Of a stretch of DNA of 64,000 bases, positions 1-7,077 are shown piece by piece. Positions within the stretch are counted from its first letter, which is position 1. Each line of letters begins with the position of its first letter. Location of the stretch: positions 44,726 to 108,725 of the forward strand of contig JAUYKW010000018.1 in assembly GCA_030698395.1 (NCBI GenBank), in the 5' to 3' direction. The DNA comes from a bacterium. GTDB taxonomy: Bacteria; Patescibacteriota; Patescibacteriia; UBA9570. Below the pieces are notes generated by a model. That model had not been told where the DNA came from. It did not search any database and saw nothing but the letters and a program-made list of their open reading frames with translations. Made by a program: the position numbers and the translations under genes.

Positions 1-311
1 TCGGTTACAGTACCAACAGTGGAACGAGGATTATGAGTAGTTGTTTTTTGATCTATAGAGATAGCAGGAGATAGTCCATCGATTCTGTCTACATCTGGTT
101 TATCCATTAAACCTAAAAATTGACGCGCATATGCTGATAAACTTTCTACATATCTACGTTGTCCTTCAGCATAAATTGTATCGAAAGCCAATGAAGATTT
201 ACCAGAACCTGATAAACCTGTAATTACAACTAATTTGTTTCGCGGAATGTCTATTGAGACATTTTTTAAGTTATGAACTCTCGCGTTTTTTATTGAAATC
301 GCATCTTCCAT
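1..311 (-). CDS. uvrA: Excinuclease ABC subunit A (UvrA), N-terminal fragment; gene runs off the left window edge
   Basis: Absent from the ORF track because it is truncated. My reverse-complement translation from ATG 311-309 reads [67 protein letters not shown]. This is the canonical UvrA N-terminus with Walker [10 protein letters not shown]. Confidence 0.9.
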   Translation of the reverse strand, partial: MEDAISIKNARVHNLKNVSIDIPRNKLVVITGLSGSGKSSLAFDTIYAEGQRRYVESLSAYARQFLGLMDKPDVDRIDGLSPAISIDQKTTTHNPRSTVGTVT

Positions 312-400
312 GATTTAGAAAAACATGTTTAACTAATTTGAACTCGAGTAGTATATATGAATATTTAATCTACGTCAAGGTGGTATACTAAGAGGAGCTT

Positions 401-1681
401 ATGACTAGCAAGGTAAAAAAACAATTAGCAACATTACCACAAAAGCCAGGAATTTATTTGTTTAAAAATTCTATTGGTAATGTACTTTATGTAGGTAAAG
501 CGAAGTCTTTAAGTAGCCGAGTTCGATCATACTTTAGACAGCATAATGATTTGAATGAAGCTAAACAAATTATGGTACGGCAAATTGTTGATGTAGATTG
601 GATAGAAACAAAAACTGAATCTGATGCCATAATTTTAGAAGATAAGTTGATCAAAGATTATCAACCTAGATTTAATGTATTAGCAAAGGATGATAAAAGT
701 TTTTTGTATATTCATATAACGGATGAGAAGTTTCCTCAGGTACTAGCAGTACGGAGACCAAATCTTCGTAAAGCTGGAATATTTTATGGACCATATCCAT
801 TTGCTCGTAGTATTAGAGAAGTTCTAAAATTATTACATAACATTTTTCCATATCGGACTTGTAAAAATTTACCAAAAAAGGCTTGTTTAGAATATTACAT
901 TTATAAATGTAAAGCACCGTGCATTAATAAGATTTCAGAATCAGATTATCAAGCATTGATATATGATGTGTTAGCTTTTTTTGAAGGTAGAAATACTTTA
1001 GAGCTAGAATCAAGATTGGAAGAAATGATGCAGGTAGCTTCTGAAGATAAAAAGTTCGAAGATGCAGCAAAGTATCGTGATCAGTTAAAAGCAATAAAAA
1101 AGCTGCGTTCATTTCAAAAAACTCCACGTGAGTATTTAACTGATTATTACCAATTTAAGGCTATCGATCCTGATTTAGGCCTTCAACAGCTACAGGATGC
1201 TCTGGTTTTGCCAGCTCAGCCAAAGAGGGTAGAAGTTTATGATATTTCAAATATCCAAGGAACATATGCGGTTGGATCGATGGTGGTGTTTATTGATGGA
1301 TTGCCAGCTAGGAGTGAATATCGGAGATTTAAAATTAAAACTGTCCAAGGTGCAGATGATTATAAAAGTTTGCAAGAAGTGGTTAGACGGCGATTAAAAA
1401 GAGATTGGCCAAAACCAGATTTAGCTATCATGGATGGAGGTAAGGGGCAATTAAATGCTGTAAAACATTTTTGGCAAGATCATGACGTATCAGTTGTTGC
1501 TTTAGCCAAGAAAAGAGAAGAGCTATTTCTACCTGATCAAGCGATACCAATTACAATGGAAGCTGGTAGTCAGGGATTATTTCTAATTCAAAGAATGCGT
1601 GATGAAGCGCATCGTTTTGCCATCACTTATTATCGTAAATTGCACTCTAAATCAATGCGAGCTAATACCACTAAAAGCTAG
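401..1681 (+). CDS. uvrC: Excinuclease ABC subunit C (UvrC), short form (426 aa) apparently lacking the C-terminal (HhH)2 domain
   Basis: GIY-YIG N-terminus (GIYLFKN..VLYVGKAKSLSSRVRSYF). UVR motif (FEDAAKYRDQLKAIKKL). RNase H-like endonuclease region (VYDISNIQG..MDGGKGQLN..DEAHRFA). SD AGAGGAG at 391-397. Confidence 0.85.
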   Translation: MTSKVKKQLATLPQKPGIYLFKNSIGNVLYVGKAKSLSSRVRSYFRQHNDLNEAKQIMVRQIVDVDWIETKTESDAIILEDKLIKDYQPRFNVLAKDDKSFLYIHITDEKFPQVLAVRRPNLRKAGIFYGPYPFARSIREVLKLLHNIFPYRTCKNLPKKACLEYYIYKCKAPCINKISESDYQALIYDVLAFFEGRNTLELESRLEEMMQVASEDKKFEDAAKYRDQLKAIKKLRSFQKTPREYLTDYYQFKAIDPDLGLQQLQDALVLPAQPKRVEVYDISNIQGTYAVGSMVVFIDGLPARSEYRRFKIKTVQGADDYKSLQEVVRRRLKRDWPKPDLAIMDGGKGQLNAVKHFWQDHDVSVVALAKKREELFLPDQAIPITMEAGSQGLFLIQRMRDEAHRFAITYYRKLHSKSMRANTTKS

Positions 1682-3044
1682 GGGGAGTAGCTGGTGGAGT
1701 ACCACTTGGTGTTGATGGAATTATTTCCGGAGAATTTGTTGGAGTAGGAGGAATTGGACCTGATGGGGGAATTCCCTGAGTAGGTGCTTGTGGTTGTTGT
1801 GGCAGTGTAGGTTCTAATATTTCAGGGGTAGTAGGAGGATTATCTTGAGTTGGTGGTATAGGTTGTTGAATTGTAGCTGTTTCATCAGCTAGAGTATTTG
1901 CAATCGATGGTTCAGCTTCGAAGGCTGGTGCCATTTCTAAGGAAGCTAAGTCGGTTGCATTAATACCGGTTTGGATTAGTTCAGCATCTGAAATATGAAT
2001 TGCATCTATACCAATTCCAATAACTATGCCATTTTTATCTTGAGAACGATATATTTTTGCATCCGAAGCTAACGAGGCGTTTAATTCTGGTTGTTCTAGA
2101 GTTTTTAATTTGTCTGTAATTGATGAGGGCTCAGTGGTGAGTGTAGATTTAACAGCTGGAGATTCAGTTTTTTGCGGTAGCATGTGCAAGTCTTCTGTTG
2201 TGATGTCAGCATCAGTTACTTCTGTCGGAGAAAAATGTACAGATCCAGTAGCATGTTCAATTAGTAATCCCATTTCGGGTGTGGCATATACTTGAGCACC
2301 GGAAACGACAGTGTTTGCAACTGCCGGATTAGTATCGGAGAATTTTTTATTAAGAATTTCTATAATTTGCTCTGGCGTTAATGACTCTCGCTCTTTCTCG
2401 AGTGGAGTAACAGGCGATTCGGGTGCTTCTTCAATTGGTGAAATAGCTGGTGTGTTCGAAGTTGCTGGAGGAATGGAACCAGATTTATCAATGGTAGGAG
2501 TTGGTTGTTCATCTGTTGAGTTGACTTCAACAGGATGAGGTTTAATAAATTCTAAATCTTTAAAGATGTCTTCACTTTTTTCTGGATCGGTTTTAATTTG
2601 TGTTCGAGCTTCTTGAATTTTCTTTATTTGGTTATTTAGTTTACCCTCATTACTTTCCATGAAGCCGGTTTGTTCAATGAGCTTCTTTAGTTTATCAATT
2701 AAGCCGGTTTGTTCAGAATTAATACTTTCTAATTCAGAGATTAGTTTTTCTTCTGCACTATCCAATTTAGCCAAATAATCGACAGTCGTATCGGATGGTA
2801 CATCTTGAAGGGGTATTACTTGTGGTTTTAGAGATTCTCCAGGATTTTCTACTGGTGTCGATGTTGTCATGGGTTCAGGAGATGTTGTATCAGATTCTGA
2901 AGTAGGTGTTACTGGATTAGTTGTAGCTGAAGCAGTATTCACAAAAGGAAGTGTGATAGCTGGTCCAGACGTTGGAGTAGTTGAATTATCGTTGGGTGTA
3001 CCCATTGGTTGAGGAGGTACTGGATTTGAGGTTGATTCATTCAT
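1671..3044 (-). CDS. Hypothetical Pro/Thr/Ser-rich disordered protein with a central coiled-coil segment
   Basis: ORF-track frame 1671..3083. The 3083 start is TTG, so I prefer ATG at 3044 (MNESTSNPVPP). Low-complexity P/T/S termini flank the heptad-like segment LDSAEEKLISELESINSEQTGLIDKLKKLIEQ. No TM segment or catalytic motif seen. Confidence 0.6.
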   Translation of the reverse strand: MNESTSNPVPPQPMGTPNDNSTTPTSGPAITLPFVNTASATTNPVTPTSESDTTSPEPMTTSTPVENPGESLKPQVIPLQDVPSDTTVDYLAKLDSAEEKLISELESINSEQTGLIDKLKKLIEQTGFMESNEGKLNNQIKKIQEARTQIKTDPEKSEDIFKDLEFIKPHPVEVNSTDEQPTPTIDKSGSIPPATSNTPAISPIEEAPESPVTPLEKERESLTPEQIIEILNKKFSDTNPAVANTVVSGAQVYATPEMGLLIEHATGSVHFSPTEVTDADITTEDLHMLPQKTESPAVKSTLTTEPSSITDKLKTLEQPELNASLASDAKIYRSQDKNGIVIGIGIDAIHISDAELIQTGINATDLASLEMAPAFEAEPSIANTLADETATIQQPIPPTQDNPPTTPEILEPTLPQQPQAPTQGIPPSGPIPPTPTNSPEIIPSTPSGTPPATPPSF

Positions 3045-3104
3045 AATTAATATAATAATAGCATTTTTTTTAAGAAAAATCAAGTTGAAATATTTTAGAA
3101 ATAC

Positions 3105-3129
3105 AAAAAAGTGGAGCGTTAAACCCCAC
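3105..3129 (-). terminator. Candidate intrinsic terminator downstream of the 828-aa gene
   Basis: The minus strand reads GTGGGGTTTAACGCTCCAC followed by TTTTTT. The stem GTGG(G)G/C(T)CCAC spans 3111-3129 and the A-run at 3105-3110 is the T-tract on the minus strand. Confidence 0.55.
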
Positions 3130-3169
3130 TTTTATAATTTGATTTAGTTATTTATTATTTTTTAATGCT

Positions 3170-5656
3170 TTAAACTGTAGCATTTGCATCAGGATGTTTA
3201 AGAGTTGGCAGTTCAGCTGATATTCTATCAACATTCTTTTCAGCTTCAGCATCTCTTGAGGCCTGAGCTATATCTCCGATTTTTCCAAAAGACATATATT
3301 CAGTAGGAAGTTCATCGTTTGCTACTGATTGCAGACCCTCTAAGGCTGTTTGGATATTTAACTGACCTGCATCTGCTAATGCCTCGGATAGTTGTGGTAA
3401 ATTGATATATTCAACCCCTGCATAATTACCTGGTTCGCCAGATAATATGTAAACACCCTGAGCATTTTGTGCAGTTGTGCCTTCTGGTAATCGAATATCA
3501 ATTAATCTTCCTTGTGCTGGCAAATCTACAAGCATGCGACGCAGATTGTCATTACTAGTTGCGAACTTTTTAGCTAAAGCATTTTTAATTTCGCTTACAT
3601 TATGTTCTCTCGTTTTTACTGCTTCAGTTTTTTCCGTTCCAGCTTCTGCATACGCTTTTTCTTCTGCTGCTTCAATCTGTTCAGACATGCGGGAATACTT
3701 ATTGTCTACACTTGGTGTTTGAACTGTTTCATTTCTGGCCGCTATGGAATCTTGAACGGATTTTGGTAAAGGTATACCAGATAAAGTAGCTTCTAGTTCC
3801 CAGGCATTTTCCATATTAGCATTTGCTTCATTACTAGCTTTTGTGGCTATTGATATTTTTTTATCAAGCGTAGCTAAAGCTTTGCGTAGTGCTCTGCCTT
3901 TTAGCGTTTCTGATTTTTCTAAGTTTGCTCTTTCAACAATTAAGTTACTTTCTATTTGTGAAGCTTTAATAAATGTGTTGGCAGCTTCCATAGATGCTTG
4001 AGATGCTTGTTCTATTGCTGCATTATCGGCATCTTCATTTGTTCTTGATAGTGTTTCAACGAGTTCTTGAGAGCCAGCAACATTGGCTTCAGCTTCTTTA
4101 ATACCAGCCTGAGTATCACGACTAATTTTTTCAAATAACTTGGCTCTTCCTTTTTCATCTGTTTTTCCTGCAAGGAAACGTTGATTTACTTCCCCAATCT
4201 TATCTGATCGTGCATCAAGTAAAGTTTTTAACTTCGCTTGTGCTTGTTCTAAACTTTGTTGAGCAGGCTCTAGAGCAGCGGATTTTTCTGCAGGCGTCAT
4301 TTGTTCCATTGGACGCATTGGTGTAATCATATCTTTAGCCAAAGCAGGGCTGTTTATTGTTACATCATATACGCTTTTGTCTGTTGTGAATCTAAAATCT
4401 TGTTTTTGTCTTGGCGAAAGTTTCGATGCACCTAGTGCTGTTTGTTCATATTCATCACGGAGTGCTCTCTGTTCATGTATATCCGATGGTGTTAGAGGAT
4501 TCATTGCCTCTCCATATTTAACTGGAGCTAGACCTTCTCCTTGTTTAAAAAATTCTTGTTCAACATCGTCACCAGCAAGTTCGCTAATGGCTTTTTCTGT
4601 TTGTTTATCTTCTACTTTTTGAATTTCAACTCCAAAATCACCTAAGTTAATAACTAGGCCACGAGCTCCATCAATTCTGCCATCATATTCTTCATTTATT
4701 TTTGCAATTGCCCGTTTAATCTCAGCGTCATTTAGTTTATCTGTATCAATTTCTGCAATTGCGATTGCCTTAGCATCCATAATTTGTTTGAGTTCTTCTT
4801 GAGCATTAGCAAGAGCTTTGGTTTTTTCTGCAGGTGTCATTTCTGGTTTATTAAAGTCCATGCGAGTTCTTGCTCCAGTACCGGATTCACCAACTTTTAT
4901 ACTATACGGGCTAGCTTGGCTTGATGTTGCAGTCTCTGTTCGTTGTAACTTAATACCACCACTAGCTGTGCGCATATAGAATTCATCTGCCATGTCATTG
5001 ACAATACTGGTCATGCCTGAATCTTGCATATGAGACATCTTCCACATGCTTTGGAATAACTTATTTTGATGTTCTGGGTCAGTAGAGGTTGCAATAGCTT
5101 CTCTTAATTTTCCTACAGCTTCTTGAATACGTTGTAGTTTAGTTTCTTGTCTGGTAAATAAACCAACACGTTCTGCTAGGCGTGTTACTTGAGCTCTTAG
5201 TACACTACGTTGCTCATCCATGGCTTCGTGTCGATTGCTAACAATCGTTTCTAATATTTTTAAGCTGTTAACCATGTGCTCTGCGCTAAGTAATCCTTCT
5301 GGTTTTTCAGCTGTAGCTTCTGCATCTTCATTAGGCAAATCTGAATAATCAACATCACTCATAGGTGTTTGGTAATTTCTAGCTTCAGGAATTCTATTAT
5401 AAGTTACCACTCCTTGGTCTTCTGGTTCTCCAATGTGTTGATCTAAATCTAACATTATGTCATCACTTGGGTCGTGGGAAATGTTTGGTAGTTGAGTTCT
5501 ATCTATTGGTGTTGTGGGGGCATTGTTATCTATATTGTCATCACCTGTATCTTCAAAACGTTCTGCGCCAGATAAAGGTAAGCCAGCATTATTTTCTATT
5601 TTTTTGGCTGGTAGATCTCTTTTATTTATTGGGTCTGTTCTTTCTCTTGCAACCAT
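3170..5656 (-). CDS. Hypothetical 828-aa Glu/Ala/Lys-rich coiled-coil protein with internal repeats
   Basis: Long uninterrupted ORF with an acidic disordered N-terminus and extended heptad-like stretches. A repeated MTPAEK-x-ALxxAQ module occurs at aa 272-290 and 452-470. No enzymatic motif, TM segment or signal peptide recognised. Confidence 0.65.
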   Translation of the reverse strand: MVARERTDPINKRDLPAKKIENNAGLPLSGAERFEDTGDDNIDNNAPTTPIDRTQLPNISHDPSDDIMLDLDQHIGEPEDQGVVTYNRIPEARNYQTPMSDVDYSDLPNEDAEATAEKPEGLLSAEHMVNSLKILETIVSNRHEAMDEQRSVLRAQVTRLAERVGLFTRQETKLQRIQEAVGKLREAIATSTDPEHQNKLFQSMWKMSHMQDSGMTSIVNDMADEFYMRTASGGIKLQRTETATSSQASPYSIKVGESGTGARTRMDFNKPEMTPAEKTKALANAQEELKQIMDAKAIAIAEIDTDKLNDAEIKRAIAKINEEYDGRIDGARGLVINLGDFGVEIQKVEDKQTEKAISELAGDDVEQEFFKQGEGLAPVKYGEAMNPLTPSDIHEQRALRDEYEQTALGASKLSPRQKQDFRFTTDKSVYDVTINSPALAKDMITPMRPMEQMTPAEKSAALEPAQQSLEQAQAKLKTLLDARSDKIGEVNQRFLAGKTDEKGRAKLFEKISRDTQAGIKEAEANVAGSQELVETLSRTNEDADNAAIEQASQASMEAANTFIKASQIESNLIVERANLEKSETLKGRALRKALATLDKKISIATKASNEANANMENAWELEATLSGIPLPKSVQDSIAARNETVQTPSVDNKYSRMSEQIEAAEEKAYAEAGTEKTEAVKTREHNVSEIKNALAKKFATSNDNLRRMLVDLPAQGRLIDIRLPEGTTAQNAQGVYILSGEPGNYAGVEYINLPQLSEALADAGQLNIQTALEGLQSVANDELPTEYMSFGKIGDIAQASRDAEAEKNVDRISAELPTLKHPDANATV

Positions 5657-5714
5657 ATATTTGATAGTTAAAGAATAGTGATTTTATTTGAATTTTTTAT
5701 TTTTGATTAATATA

Positions 5715-5742
5715 AGTATAGCAGAAATTTGAATTTTGTCAA
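5715..5742 (-). promoter_or_regulatory. Sigma70-like promoter for the 828-aa gene
   Basis: Minus strand: TTGACA (5742-5737), 16-nt spacer, TATACT (5720-5715). It lies about 55-60 nt upstream of ATG 5656. Confidence 0.5.
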
Positions 5743-5835
5743 GTAAAATAAGGCTTTTTGTATTATTTTTTATGGATTTTAAATGCTTATTACTTATATC
5801 AATTATTAGTAACATATTTGTATGATGATTAGACC

Positions 5836-5864
5836 TTGACAAATTGTAATATATCGGTGATAAT
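5836..5864 (+). promoter_or_regulatory. Near-consensus sigma70 promoter at the left edge of the GC-rich island
   Basis: TTGACA (5836-5841), exactly 17 nt spacer, GATAAT (5859-5864). The context TTAGAC-N-TTGACAA matches the secG promoter context at 11255-11268 in 13 of 14 positions. Confidence 0.65.
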
Positions 5865-6018
5865 GTTCTGTCCTCTTCGTTATGGAGGGGTCTGGTTCTT
5901 ACGGCACTCTATGTCGTTGGCGCCACGCTCTTTTTTACTAGACCGGTTTAGGATAATGCCCTATTCCAAATCGTCGTGCTTTTTCGACAAATCCTTAACT
6001 CACCACAAGGGAGATAAC
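5865..6018 (+). promoter_or_regulatory. Long GC-rich 5' leader / possible cis-regulatory or small RNA element upstream of the island ORF
   Basis: About 150 nt lie between the -10 box and ATG 6019. Pairings seen: CCTC 5872-5875 with GAGG 5885-5888, GGTCT 5889-5893 with AGACC 5940-5944, and GTCG 5973-5976 with CGAC 5985-5988. Palindrome TGGCGCCA 5918-5925 is followed by T6 at 5931-5936. Confidence 0.4.
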
Positions 6019-6987
6019 ATGACTGCGCAAGTCATTCCTTTCCCTAGCGGTGGAAGCCGGTCAGGGAAACAAGATATCTATGCTGAGATTCGGCCAAGCC
6101 AATCTCGGCTACAACAACATCGTCAAACCACAATGCAGGTAATTACGGGGACTGAGTGGACGGAACAATACCTCCACCCCCAGAACGTACGCGTGGAGCT
6201 GCCCCAACGTGGGGATGCAGAGCTCTTCGTGACAGTACACGTTCACATCCCGGCAATTCGTGGCCGGCTCCAGATTGGAGCGCAGGCGCTTGAACCGGGT
6301 AGACGACCCAGTGGTTGGGTGATGGCACAGGTAGAGGTGAGCGATCTTCGGCACCACCTCGTGTATGGACCAAGATACAAGAAGGTTCAGTATACGGTGC
6401 GACATGCCTTGGATGGCACTCACATGACCTTCCGGGTCAAGGTGGATCAATTCCCCTTCGGTCAGGCACAGGTGGTGCTTTGGTGGGTAGGCAAGAACGC
6501 CAACACCGATGGCATTTTCGTGCAGGCCAGGGAGATACCAGCTCTGACCTTGTCGACGAACGACCCTACAAGAACGATCACGCCTACGGGAGCGGTCGAT
6601 CGAACGGGAAAGGTCGTCGATAGCAACGTTGTAGTCGAGACCCACAGGTACGCATCCGGGTTTTTAACCGACTTCATCATCAACCTCCCGCACATGGATG
6701 GACAACAACATCCTGGTGTACCGCGGGTTCTCCCACGGCTGGACAAGGTGAACGTGCAAAAGGTGAACGTGCAAGACGGCACGTTGACGGTGATTGACCA
6801 ACTCACTGGCTCTGCCAAGGTGTACGACCATATCGTCTTTACGTGCGAGCGTTCAGACGAGGCTACACACCTCCGGTTCAGAGTCGAGGGGATGGACGCA
6901 ATTCCTGTCGGGTCCGAAGAGCTGGTCCTAGAATGGAGATCGACGTCTCTGGGTGGTTACTACATCCAGGTGATCGTTGATCGCTGA
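6019..6987 (+). CDS. Orphan 322-aa protein of the GC-rich island; beta-rich, with two tandem homologous halves; function unknown
   Basis: ATG 6019 is preceded by SD AAGGGAGA (6007-6014). The frame stays open across the whole island. Other-frame ORFs here are GC-rich shadow ORFs. A repeated motif is visible: THMTFRVKVDQFPFGQAQVVLWWVG versus THLRFRVEGMDAIPVGSEELVLEWRS. Confidence 0.7.
   Translation: MTAQVIPFPSGGSRSGKQDIYAEIRPSQSRLQQHRQTTMQVITGTEWTEQYLHPQNVRVELPQRGDAELFVTVHVHIPAIRGRLQIGAQALEPGRRPSGWVMAQVEVSDLRHHLVYGPRYKKVQYTVRHALDGTHMTFRVKVDQFPFGQAQVVLWWVGKNANTDGIFVQAREIPALTLSTNDPTRTITPTGAVDRTGKVVDSNVVVETHRYASGFLTDFIINLPHMDGQQHPGVPRVLPRLDKVNVQKVNVQDGTLTVIDQLTGSAKVYDHIVFTCERSDEATHLRFRVEGMDAIPVGSEELVLEWRSTSLGGYYIQVIVDR
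6745..6774 (+). repeat. Perfect 15-bp tandem duplication inside the island ORF
   Basis: AAGGTGAACGTGCAA at 6745-6759 is repeated exactly at 6760-6774. It is in frame and gives KVNVQKVNVQ. Confidence 0.95.
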
Positions 6988-6999
6988 AATGTCCAGCAT

Positions 7000-7077
7000 G
7001 GAAGTGAGAGGTACTGCGTACAACGCAGGACTTGAAACGTCGTCGCACATCAACTGCTGACTACCTCTCCATCTTCC
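7000..7077 (+). other. Nested hairpin element immediately 3' of the island ORF
   Basis: Outer stem: GGAAG 7000-7004 with CTTCC 7073-7077, and GAGAGGTA 7006-7013 with TACCTCTC 7062-7069. Inner hairpin: CTGCGT 7014-7019, loop ACA, ACGCAG 7023-7028. No T-tract follows. Confidence 0.6.

Noticed and set aside
924-4622. Antisense ORFs inside uvrC and the two coiled-coil genes (924..1127-, 2110..2295+, 2311..2538+, 3477..3722+, 4377..4622+).
   Set aside because: Each is fully embedded antisense in a longer, better-supported CDS. Their translations are low-complexity mirror images of the sense proteins.
5686-5737. An 11-nt direct repeat ATTTGAATTTT (5686-5696 and 5727-5737) in the spacer upstream of the 828-aa gene.
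   Set aside because: It is a low-complexity AT-rich sequence. The second copy overlaps the -35 box, and there is no further evidence of function.
5882-5941. Possible 19-codon leader peptide (MEGSGSYGTLCRWRHALFY) in the island leader.
   Set aside because: It has no SD, lies only ~11 nt from the predicted transcription start, and nothing supports translation. It is mentioned only as something ribosome profiling could test.
5836-6018. N-terminal 61 codons of the ORF-track entry 5836..6987 (MTNCNISVIMFCPLRYGG...).
   Set aside because: The start codon is the TTG of the TTGACA -35 box. The segment spans the promoter and leader. An ATG with a good SD (AAGGGAGA) occurs in frame at 6019, so I call the CDS from 6019.
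6109-6818. Four overlapping ORFs in other frames of the island (6109..6645-, 6143..6373-, 6315..6623+, 6462..6818-).
   Set aside because: These are typical stop-poor shadow frames of GC-rich coding DNA. Their translations are Arg/Gly/Pro-rich and of low plausibility, none has a start context, and all are nested in the longer 6019-6987 frame.
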